From Octopus bimaculoides (taxonomy: Eukaryota): a stretch of DNA of 64,000 bases. Under the pieces are notes generated by a model, which worked only from the letters and a program-made list of their open reading frames with translations, was not told where the DNA came from and searched no databases. The stretch covers positions 153,558,375 to 153,622,374 of the forward strand of contig NC_068982.1 of the NCBI RefSeq assembly GCF_001194135.2, in the 5' to 3' direction. Made by a program: the position numbers and the translations under genes. Below are positions 51,730 to 64,000 of this stretch, piece after piece; position 1 is the first letter of the stretch, and each line of letters starts with the position of its first letter.

Positions 51730-51912
51730 AGGGCAGCGAGCTGGCAGAATCGCTAGTACATAAGGCGAAATGCTTAGCGGTATTTCGTCCGTCATTTCTG
51801 GGTTGAAATTCCGCCGAGTGCGACTCTGCCTTTCGACATTTCGGGGTCACTGTAATCAACTTACCCTCGCTCTCCAGCTTGCTGGCCTTGTGCCAAATAT
51901 TGAGATCAATAT
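51730..51912 (+). mobile_element. tRNA-derived SINE
   Basis: gggcagcgagctggcagaatcg (A-box-like), gggttgaaattcc (B-box-like), body ending gctggccttgtgccaaa. Confidence 0.85.
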
Positions 51913-53941
51913 CTAGACTCAATATCTCCCTACCGATATTTAAACATTCTGTATGAGTATTGTTACTCATTCTGTCCACAATAATTCTATAGCGACTTCT
52001 ATGTTATGTGTTCTTAGACATTCTGGCAACAACAGTACCCATCTAGAAGATTGGCCAGAATTCTAGATGACAAGCACGAGTCAACAATTTACGCTTGATT
52101 CAAGACAGTAGCTCAGTGAAAAAGATAAGTTGTTTAAAATTGTCTGGCATACAAAATCAGAGGTTGTTCTCTCACAGAGCTATCTGTGATGATGTAAACT
52201 CATCATTAAAGTTTCTTCCACAAAACAAGATAGATGTTTTGATAGTATCAAGTAGAATATGAGACCTGTCAAACTGATCGAAAGAAATCTAGCCATTCGT
52301 GTCCATTGTTGAGTCTTCAATAACATTTTACTCTGATTCCTTTTCAAATCGATATTAACTACCTTAAAAGCACTTAGTGTTTCAGACTGAATCATATTAA
52401 AGGTATTTTAGCCAGACACTTAATTAATGGAGAAAAGTCAACTGTATGAGCATGTCACACTAGATTTTCAGGTACAAAGATCACTGAGTTGTTCTGATTA
52501 ATTCTCTTTTCCTTTTTCATATACTCGAGTGTCGTATGAGTTAACATGATTTCTAATGCATCCCACGCCATTAAAGAAAAGACAACAGTGTATGATTTTA
52601 ACTCTTGTCAATACAGTAGTTCGAAAAGGATTCCTACAGCTCGGTCAGTAGAAGCACATAGGTGGACACTGATGGATCCATTAATTCGAAACGTTTCTGA
52701 CAAGATGCCATTTTCTCTTAACATAAACCAAAGTTGCTACTCTATAAGTATCTAAACTATGAGACATAAAGCTGCCACACAATCTCTAGTAGCGCTACCA
52801 TCGTTCAGTTGAAGTCAGTTAGTTGGTAATAGCCGTCAAGGAGGTAATTTCACTGTCACTCGGTCTGCTAGAAAGAGCGGCCTAATGTCACTAAAATCAT
52901 ATTCTCTTTTCTTGAAAATGTAAGTGACAAATTCATAATTTAATCGGAGATGTGTTATCGGAATAAAAAAGAAAATAGTAACAAAGAGAACGCTTTTAAT
53001 TATAAGTTTGCGAGAACACTGTCCCTATTATTTAATCTAGGGGTTAGATAAAAAAATATAGTAACATTGAATATTTGTATACATGTTTTATAAAGAAAAG
53101 CAAATCTAAAGCTCCGGTAGTGTTTGTGTCAATTCAGCCCTTCTAGTATTTGTCTATAGACTATAGCGACCAAGTTATACAGAATAGAAATATACAAAAT
53201 ATAGCATCAGTCATTTCACTGAAGCTAAAATTAGCAAAGCACAACACCATCTCCTAATATTATTGTTATATATGAACTTATCGATCTTGGTGAAATGAAA
53301 TGTCAAGTTAACTCTGATTTGAATCACTATGGATTTTACAAATCCAGTGCAACAGTCACTGCTAAGAGCCCGTCCTACTTTATACATAAATTATTTTCAT
53401 TAAAATGAATGCATCCATAACAGTGATAACTTAGAGACCGCCCTCTTTTACACATTAAATATTTGAAATAAAAGCAATGTATAAGAGGCAGCGCCTGCAT
53501 GAATACATGAACAGAGATTTGCTTTAAACATAACACATAATAACACTCGCTTATACATGTTTAATTGCATGCTTAATTGCAGTTAATATCCTCTTTCTCG
53601 ATTGCAATGGCCGAATGAAGATAAACGGCTAACATTCAGCTCCCCAATTAAGTGCCTATTTAGCATCATTTTGGTCAATGATGCTATTGACGTTGGTCAA
53701 TAACGTTGTAATTATATAAGGAAAACTTTAATAAAAAGTATAAAGAACAAGGACTTTGTAGGAGCAGTTATAAGAATCGCATTATATTTAAGCCTTCATA
53801 ATTTAACATTAGCTAAAAGTGTACTGTGATGGTTTCATAGCAAACACTCTCATATAGATTCAATATATATATATATATATATATATATACACGCATGCAC
53901 ACATGCATACACACACACACACATATGTATATATACCTATG

Positions 53942-54017
<76 letters not shown>

Positions 54018-56535
54018 AAGAAAGATAAACAGATATATACAGATGGAGAGTGGCAAACAAAGGGAGAGAAAGAGAGAGTGAAAGACATTCACAATTTCCA
54101 TGGGTCTGCTGTTACTACTCAATGCAAGGTAATGAAAAAATGCATATATATACAAGCACACACAATTATACACGCATAGTCGCAACCTTATCAAGATATG
54201 ATATAAAATTATCAAACAACCCCTAAAACTCCGTCGATAATGCATGTCTCATAATTCCTGCTATTTCACAACGCTGCTTGTTGACTAAAGAATGAAAGAA
54301 GGAGCGACTTTGATGCTAGCATGCGAGTTGTAGATTTATTTTACTCTACGAAATGGTGATCAATGTAATGGCATTGTAGTGAATATGTGTTGGTGAACAG
54401 ACTTAATGTTTCAAACAGTAGTAGTGAATGCATATTTATTATCAATCACAATACTAATAATTGCATTAAATAAATCAGCACTGAGGTACTCTCAGAATCT
54501 AACAAAGTCAAGCAAAGAACTCGAAAGGCTTGCTATGAATCCAGAACAATACCACTAACAAAAACTCACATAATAGTGCAATGTGCATATTTCTGCATCT
54601 ACAAACAATGAAGCCATCTTTCCAACGGTGTCAGACATTTTTCACTAGTTATCATCAAGAGTATAAATAAATTATTCTCCGATGAAAGCCAACACATTAG
54701 GCCTGTAGAATATTACAGCCAGATAATAAGAAAGATTAGTCATTAATACCTTGTAGTAACAGCAGTAAAACACCGGGAACCGAATATCCAGTCATAAAGA
54801 ACAGGAATACAAAAATATTGCAACATAATATGGGAAGATAAATCTATATAACAGCTGAAACAGATTTTTACTTTAAAGAACAACTTTCGAGAGCACATCG
54901 TTGTCAACATATTAATGTACACACCGATCGGTAAATAGAGCTTAGAGAGCACTCATTGGGAAATTGTCTGTACTATTACAACAGCTAATTTCTCCTATAA
55001 CTGACTACTGAAATATGGTAGATAGAAGGAGTATTTCAAAGTTTTTATATAAATTGGAAAATACTAATTTAAATAAATAACGAATTATCCGTTTAGTTAA
55101 ATACTTAAACCAATCACATCAATTTCCATATTATTACTACACTAGGATCGAGAGATAACTCTATGCCACAGTTGATAATCCCCTCCTTCCCTTTTAGCTA
55201 TTTCTCTCATACTCTGTTAGTACATTTTGTGTTTTTCTCTCCTAACAACATATTTTTCATTCTCTTAGAGACTTCCAAATATTTATTCAGTATAAAACTA
55301 AGAAGTACAGAAATATGACTAGTATGACAACACTATGGTTCACTAAATTGTTTAGATCATATGTATATTTGAATTCAGATGCTACTACATTCTGTAGTCC
55401 TATTAAACTTTTGTGATACTTTTTTTCACCAGGAAAATTAAATCCAATTATAACTATAGCAATTTCTTGCAGTTTATTTCCTTCAAGGAGATCACTCAGA
55501 ATTTAATACAATCTAAGGTGATACCAATGAAACTAAGCATTCTGTTATTCTTTTAGTTTTCTTTTGCTGCAGTCATGTGACGGCGGCAATGCTAGGGCAC
55601 AACATTAGCGGTACGTACTCTTTCATTTCGTAAGGTTACAAGTTTGTCATATAAGTTCAAATGAAGCCAATTCATTAAGAAACACTTTTAGTTATAGCCC
55701 CGCTCTGTCTTTACATGTTAATTTATTCTTTATTTAAGACAATAGCATGTGATTTCGTAACTATTTCATGAAAATCGTCCGACAACAGAGTCTCCTTCGT
55801 TACGGGGTCAATTATTATGTTATGTTGCTCTGCTTAGTTACCTTCTTTCACATTCTGAATTCACATCGCATCGAGATAAACAAGTCCTATGAGTCCAGGA
55901 GAGTCGGTAATACAGGCTTACATTGATGTGTAAACACAAAGTATTGTGTATAACATTATTCATTAATTATGGCCTCTTCGTGGTATCAAATATTTAGTAT
56001 TTATAAGTCGCCACCAGAAACTAGAGAACAGTACTATTTGAATGCAATTTTGTAGATTCAGGGTATAACTACTTATTTCCTCTATGCTAATAATATCTTC
56101 AAGCTAAAACAATTGTAATTTCTTTCCATGCATTATAAAGGAGAATATGGAAGATTATGTAATATATCGGAAGTAATTTGCTGGAGAAAGATATTATCAT
56201 TCCGCAAAGCACATTCACCACACTACATGTTGCAGTAAAACATCCAGCTGTTAATTACCAAATTCTCATTGGTAAAGCTAATTATAATTTCCTTACTGGG
56301 AACGCTAAAATTTACCTGTTCGTGTCATACGACGACTGAGATATCTATACTATCAAAAATAATGAGCAACGAACATACACATTTTTTCATAAAAGACACT
56401 AACTATTCATGTGTCAAATATTCTTTGTAAAAGAACAGATATATACATTGATATGTTAAGAATAGATAAACAGATAAATATATAAAGTATAATGCACACA
56501 CGCACGTACACGCGCACACACGCACACACACACGC

Positions 56536-56607
<72 letters not shown>

Positions 56608-57430
56608 GCAGCCAACTAGCTATAAAGTTATATAAATAACCATAGTCGAATATCTAGTTTAATATCACTATGGCTCTTAACAGTTCCTTTTACTCATTAA
56701 TAATCTCTTCGCTCAATATTCATTACATCATTCTCTTTACTCAGTATCTATTTCCGCAACAATTCCTATAATTCAGTTTTAGTCTTAAGTGTTTTCTGCT
56801 GTATTTTTTTTCTGCTTTACTTTTCTTCTATACGCTATGGTTTTAAACAATAACAAACAAAAAAGCTAATTATTCTTATCATTCCAATGTCCTTTCTACT
56901 TTTTTTAATAAAAGTAATTTGGTATCAAACAATTTTTATTAATGAAAAAGACAACAAAAATCCTCCATTATATTGTTAGTTTTCTGAAATTAAATTGCGT
57001 TGAGAAAAATAGCCTTCTAAAATACAGTTAACTTTAGTGACCTTTACGGTCAAATAGTTTTAGAGTTTATTTTAAGCGAGGTCACACAAAATCTACAAAT
57101 AACTCTGATTAGGATTCAGAAGAAAATTAATGAATATATTTGGGAATGAATATATTTTTTGTTTGTAGCTTTTCTCTCACATATAAACATATAATTGTAT
57201 GTTTATTGAAGCTTATTTGTTTGTTTGAAGCTAAAGAATAGAATACAACTACTGAGCAGTTAGAGAGCTAAATTGAAGTGATTTTGTTTATAGGAGGTTT
57301 GAATTAATACAATAAGTAATGTGAAAATTGTATAGATACGAATATTATATAAAACAAACTTATATATATAGTACAATATATGTGTGTGTGTGTGTTTGCA
57401 TGTATATGTGTATACAGAGGTATATATATA

Positions 57431-57839
57431 NNNNNNNNNNNNNNNNNNNNNNNNNNNNNNNNNNNNNNNNNNNNNNNNNNNNNNNNNNNNNNNNNNNNNN
57501 NNNNNNNNNNNNNNNNNNNNNNNNNNNNNNNNNNNNNNNNNNNNNNNNNNNNNNNNNNNNNNNNNNNNNNNNNNNNNNNNNNNNNNNNNNNNNNNNNNNN
57601 NNNNNNNNNNNNNNNNNNNNNNNNNNNNNNNNNNNNNNNNNNNNNNNNNNNNNNNNNNNNNNNNNNNNNNNNNNNNNNNNNNNNNNNNNNNNNNNNNNNN
57701 NNNNNNNNNNNNNNNNNNNNNNNNNNNNNNNNNNNNNNNNNNNNNNNNNNNNNNNNNNNNNNNNNNNNNNNNNNNNNNNNNNNNNNNNNNNNNNNNNNNN
57801 NNNNNNNNNNNNNNNNNNNNNNNNNNNNNNNNNNNNNNN
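57431..57839. other. Assembly gap (N run)
   Basis: N bases flanked by (TA)n. Confidence 1.
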
Positions 57840-57911
<72 letters not shown>

Positions 57912-60025
57912 GCATGTATGTATGTGTACATGTACGCATTTATATGTGTGTATATATCATATGTATGGATATATATGTATATGTATGTATATATATATGT
58001 ATGTGACTGATTTCTTATTTTGACAAATAACATTTTATTTTTCTTCATTCAGCACCCTCAGGGAAGGTAAACTCAAACTAGGAAACATCATATCGGTACG
58101 ACACCAAAATACGTTATACTTCCGTTGAGTATAAGTATTAAAACCAGTTGAGTTCTTAGTTTTATGTATAAATTCCATTTAATGAATCGTCTTGTCTTGT
58201 ATTTTGATTGAAGATTTCAAAAGAACTGTTGGTGAACACTCGCTTTAAAATGCAGACTGAACTTTCTTTAGCATCGATGAGACATGTAAGCATTTTTCGA
58301 TAATGCACATTGTCTCAGAATTTAATTCCTTTTATTTATTTACTTATATATTTATTTATTTATTTTGGTTTTATATGTGTCGTTATTTAAGTATCATGTA
58401 CAACGAGCGGTGGGATTTTATTAATTTTTAAATTTGTCACAGCATCGACTCAGTATCTTAGAGGTCTTAAATTAACCTCTTGAAGAAGCCAAACCCATTT
58501 AATGAATTATTCATCCTCTCTAATAATTCACTTGAGGTTAACGCAATAACTGAAACACAGCTTCCGTTATATAAGATAGTATTCTACCCTTAATAGTTTG
58601 TTTGATGAGAGATGGTCTCACTTGATCGAACTAATACATAGTCTAGGAATGAATAATGTATTTATATTATCTGTTTTTTTTGTGGAATAGCACTAATGTT
58701 TCAATATCATCCCGTCTGTATGTCATGCACAAAGGTCATAGCAATGAAGACGTTAAATATTTCATTGAACACTGTACAATATATTTTCATCAGTTTTCTA
58801 GGAATTAAGAGGGTATACTTCAGAGGCATGTATACATACATATATATGTGTGCGCGTGTGCGTATGTGAGTGTGCATGCATGTGTGTGCGTACGTTTGTC
58901 TGCGTGTGAGTACTTGTATGTGCATGTGCATGTATGTGTGTGTGTGACTGCGTGTGTGCTTGTGTGTGGGTGTATGTGTGTGTGTGTGTGTGCGTGCGTG
59001 CGAGCACAGTTGAGAACTTAAAATTTGTTTTTAGACGAATAGAGGCTACCTCTACTAATTTATTATCGAGATTACATAACCACCAGCATATATTTTACGA
59101 AGAGACGATGAGACCGAATAAACATCATTGACAGCAAATATCGTAGAATTAAAATGTTTCGGAAATTACTACACAACTTCCTAATTTAGTATAAGAAAAG
59201 CTACGTCACACTCGGCCGTGGTGAGGATATGAGTACAAATAAAAATTTTGGGCGATTATGTAAGAGAGTAAGAGAAGTGTGGTTTGATTTAATCTACAAG
59301 TTCAATTATATTCAGAAACCAGCCTAGACGCGCAATTTCTCAAGATTTGGACAAGCATTCCACTGATCCTAGCCCATACTAGAAGATATATAACAGACAC
59401 TATGTGAAGCTAGCCAACACTTTGGCACTTAATATTACGCAGTACATGATTAGACACAACAATAAAATATTAAACAATCTGTTTTCTAGTTATATAACCC
59501 CTAGAATTAGTAATCTATATAATAGCATACATCCACTAGGAACCACTTATTACGATCTTGTTTTGTTTTATCAATATTATAAAAGGCATTTGAATATGTG
59601 CTTGTGTTAACACCACGTGTGATTGCATGAATCATTGGTTACTCAAATCCCTTTTATCATCTACAATCTATATAAATCACCTAAGTGTCTTATCCTGTTC
59701 TCTTTTAGTTAACTCTCGGCAAAAATACATACTTGAGTGCTACAATATTCTTTTATAGCTTGTCTATTCTACAGCAGCCTTCCAGACATAATAACTTATC
59801 TGAATAGAATCGTTATAAAATTTCGAGCGTGTATGAGTCACAAAATTAATTTCCTATGATTTTATTTTAATTTCAGTAATGTTGCTTAAAATAACTGATT
59901 TGTTTGTTTAGAAAATACTTCAAATTTCGGTGAAGCAACTTAGGAATACCGCATATTCATTCCACCCTATAATAAATTACACCTAAATCTCACTCAAATT
60001 CCATCCTACCGTTCAAACGAGGATG

Positions 60026-60193
60026 CAGAGCGGCCGTAGCAGCTTTGTAGGTCGGTGGGGAAATCAGTGCACCGGGCCCTATAGTATTTATTTATCTACA
60101 GCAAGCCACAACATTTATGGGTCAGAAGTGGACCCTATGCCCAATGGGCCCATGTGCAGCTACTTAATGAGCTCATACTCTAGGACGGCTTTG
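60026..60193. mobile_element. 168-bp hAT-type MITE with 8-bp target site duplication
   Basis: Exact direct repeat cgaggatg at 60018-60025 and 60194-60201. Termini cagagcggccgtag / ctaggacggctttg are inverted (10 of 14 match). An 8-bp TSD is characteristic of hAT elements. Confidence 0.85.
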
Positions 60194-60539
60194 CGAGGAT
60201 GAGTACATTGAATTAGGTGGCCCTTGGTACATAATGCTTAAACTTTAGATAGGAGCTTCAGAGGTCATAGAATGAACAGTTTATAATAGACCTTCTGAAA
60301 TCAGAGCTTCAGATTTTCACTGTATCAATGTCACATGTTATTCTCATTTTCCTTGTCTCATATGAAATGGTGACATACATCCTGTATGTATGCGTTTATG
60401 TATGTATGTGTTTATGTAACGTATGCATGCAAGCAGGCATATATGTATGTACGTGTTTATGTATGTATATATTCATCAGTTAATAGGAGCACTCTGTCGG
60501 TTACGACGACGAGGCTCCCAGCTCGTAACTATATATATA

Positions 60540-60557
60540 CGTGTATGTGTGTGTGTT

Positions 60558-60590
<33 letters not shown>

Positions 60591-60631
60591 GTCTGTGTGT
60601 GTGTGTGTCTGTGTGTGTGTCTGTGTGTGTG

Positions 60632-60672
<41 letters not shown>
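60540..60672. repeat. Imperfect (GT)n microsatellite
   Basis: Seen directly. Confidence 0.97.
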
Positions 60673-60677
<5 letters not shown>

Positions 60678-63600
60678 CAGCCTATGTGTCTCAACTCTGT
60701 CTTTTAATAAGTTTATCCGTTATTCAGCCTCCTTTCCGTTCTAAATTATATATATATGAAATACTTAATTGCCTTATTGTTGTTTGCCTTTATTAGTTTT
60801 CAGCGAAACTACATATCTCCCTTGTTATATTGTTATATTTTCACAGTTTTTACTGTCTAAGGCTTTCCAACCTATTTACTAAACTTAATAGACACCTCAT
60901 TATATTCCGAATTTCTATGAGCCACAAAATTATTTTCTAGAAACTACTTACTTTGATTTTCTATTAAATTATCGAGTTAAATTACCTGAAATATCGAAAG
61001 GGACTGCTAAGAAAACTATTTTACATTTCTTTAGAAAATACATCGTAATTAGGTGCGTCATCATAGGAATAGCTACGCATACGAACCTTTACAAATAACA
61101 CACAAATCTTTCTCAAATCATTTAAACAAGGATGAGCAAATTGAATCGTATAGCTTTAGATAAGCAGTACCTGAAATTCAGATCGGCTGGTTACAGGCCA
61201 CACTTCAAACAAATTATCATGCCTTGCTGGAATCAGGGTTTCACTAAGAGACAACAACGAATATTACAACGTAAGCTGAACCTCTTGTCTTTTAAAAGTT
61301 GTGTTTTTATATACAATATGAAAAATCTATATTTTGCATGATCTAAAATTTTGAAGAGATTTTATAAATTTTAGGTTACACCACTGGGGTTATTCTCAAG
61401 TACTACGGATTTACCATAGCATTTCCACAGGAGAATACGAATGTGGTTTATTCTTGTTACTTTTCTTCGATTATGTAGCTACATATTTCGTTATAAGATA
61501 CCATCATGTCAACTGGAGCCACTTCCGAGAGAGTAACTGGAAAGAAAGCAAGAATATTTTCCCCCAGATATGTTATTTATCGACGCCTCTTTCCTAAGAT
61601 CGCTAGCAATATAAAATAAAATTAATAAAATATACTCCTAGTTTATTGTTACTGTTTGATTTTCCTGATTTCACTCTTAATCATTTACATTTTGGAAAAG
61701 CATGAATGTTACAAAATCGCACTTCGAATAGCCATAAATATTGCGTTTATATTTGATAAAAAAGATGACATTATAATTAATGATACATCACTAACGAATA
61801 TCAAAATGAACGACAGCTGAATGTACTTAGAATTGCATTGTCTATAAAGTGTATAGTTTCTTTATCTGAGCATTCATTTATTAAATTATTTATTGAATTG
61901 ATTTTCGGTATTTTCAGATAGACATAGTATGTTATTGTTGCCATTCTGTTAAAGAGTTGCTACGATTTTCTAAAGATATATTCAGACATGATGTAACATC
62001 ATGAAATGTTTTATGTATTTTTCGTGTAATACCGCAAGTTGACCCTTGGTTGATATTACCGATTATTCGTACAAGGTCAACAGCCTATGGATGGATTGTT
62101 CAGCTACCAATTTTACAGTTTCTGCAAAAATATCGTAGGCATTGAATTTCTTCTTCTGGCTAAGACACAGAAAAATATGTAATTAGCATTTCTACAAAAA
62201 AAAAGATTATGTACACCTACATTTTGGAAGCGTCGTATGTACAAAATTTTGTGTTTTTATATAAAAATTACATTCTGTCTGCAAACTTTAGATTACCTAG
62301 GATTTCATGTGTAATAATTTAATTTCGGATTTATTATTTTACAAGGAGATATTCATTTTTGCATATGTCATGCTTATACCACATTAGCGCAGATGATTTT
62401 TTTCCTCAACTATTACTAATTCTCTTCTGCTTTTTAAATTTTGCTTTTGTTATTTTTTTTTTCATACAATCTCGCATTGCACTGTTATCATAATCACTGA
62501 CGAGAAAAACACTTCACTTATTGATTTTGGTCAAGATATCTCGATCGATAAGAATTTTTTCCACTCGCTGAGTTATTTTCAAAGAGTCGGTGATAATACT
62601 TTCTGTCAGCAGTTATGTCTCTTGATGATACTTTATTATTCTAATCATACTATTTCACGTCTCATTGACTTTTTATTATTAATGTTATTTTCATTACTGT
62701 TGTTCCTGTTATTTTCATGTAATTATTACATTTATTGTTGTAGTTCTTATTGGTACTGTTGCCGACAGTGTTGTTGCTGACACTGTTGTTGTAGTCGCTC
62801 TTATTGTTTTGATGATAACGCTTGCAAGTGTCTGAGAATTATTATGTTGCAGATGGGCCGGTTTGTAAGTGATTTGTCTAGTTGTCTACAACGACTTTTA
62901 TTATATTTTCCTTTCTTATTTTCAGACTTGTTTTTCCCTGTTTACTACTATATGATATGATAGGATAATAAATGGTGTTAAGCCCTGTCTACTCTTTTCA
63001 CAATTTTTCTCGTCTGAATATAAGAATTATGTTTACAGTACGGCTTATGCTGCTGAATGTTATTTTGTTGTTGCTGCTGCAGCTTTTGCTACTGCTATTC
63101 TTATTGTTAATAACGATAATTATGAGACAGGAGTTGCAAAGACGAAAAGATAGAAGGAATCGTAGGACGAAGAAAGAAATAAAAACGAGAAAGAACAAGG
63201 TAAAGAAGACGAAAATGAATCTTTATTTTTGCAAACATTAATCTCAATCTATGAAGCACGGAGTGTTAACATAACATTATCAATAGGTTATTATTTTGTG
63301 ATTTGTTTAAAATTGTTCTTGCATTTATTCCTATTTGACATCTGACTGTGAGTTAATAACACTTACAGCTTAATCTCATAAAGTCTTGGTAATATTTTAT
63401 TCATAAGCTAAGTATTTTCTACTAAAACTTGTAATTTTTTCCTTAGTAATGAAATCAGACAAAATAAATCCTGAATTAGTCTGTATGAGTAAAGGATAAT
63501 CAATAAAAATAATGATATTCATATAATTAAAACTCAGTTTTGTTCTATCCTTTCGACCTATAAAAACAGAAATTATTGCGAACGATTTCTTGTAAAACGT

Positions 63601-64000
63601 ATAATGCTTCACTTTATATTCTTATGTTTCCTGTTACCTGCTACTGTTTTCCAAGTACAGCCTATTTCATGGTCTAGTGGCCAGAAAAGATACACGTCTC
63701 CTCACTCTGGTCATTTTATGAGGATATAGAAGGGCAGCCAAGAGCGGGAAGACATCTCACATAGAGACCAATTTCCAAGCACGCTTTGAGAGAAAACTAC
63801 CAAGAGAAACATAGAATGTGCTGCTCTTAGGACTTTAGGCTACGGAGTTTAGATCAACAGGGCTTAAAATATGAACCCTTTGAATACTTAGATGAAATAG
63901 ATATTAAACTGAGACGATTCCTTATTATATGAGCAATATCCTTACAAGTTTTCCAGGTGGTCTTCTACCTTAACTTCGGGTCTACCAAAGCCTTTCCAGT

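Overview
AT-rich eukaryotic (metazoan) genomic DNA from a gapped short-read scaffold. It has six N gaps, each flanked by (TA)n or (GT)n, and very dense (TA)n, (CA)n, (TACA)n, (GAT)n and (CT)n microsatellites. From recollection of the SINE families and repeat landscape it looks like an octopus/cephalopod genome; this is inference, not a database hit. No intact protein-coding gene can be supported, and most listed ORFs are microsatellite or N-gap artefacts or antisense readings of TEs. The window is a graveyard of decayed mobile elements: a 5'-truncated RTE LINE, two R4/Dong-type and one HERO-like RLE-LINE fragments, several Penelope-like (PLE) RT/GIY-YIG remnants, Tc1/mariner copies, a Chapaev3-like transposase, tRNA-derived SINEs and MITEs. 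The most interesting signal is RNA-level. One canonical-core type I hammerhead ribozyme lies at 192-242 (-). Five copies of a ~180-bp non-coding repeat each carry a minimal hammerhead-like fold with a shared non-canonical core (CUGUUGA instead of CUGANGA, i.e. A6U), a palindromic ACGU helix III and, in most copies, a 3' end abutting (TA)n. Other points are an R4/Dong-type LINE embedded in (ATGT)n at both ends, a cluster of foldback/inverted repeats at 41.2-43.5 kb, and weak candidate host exons.
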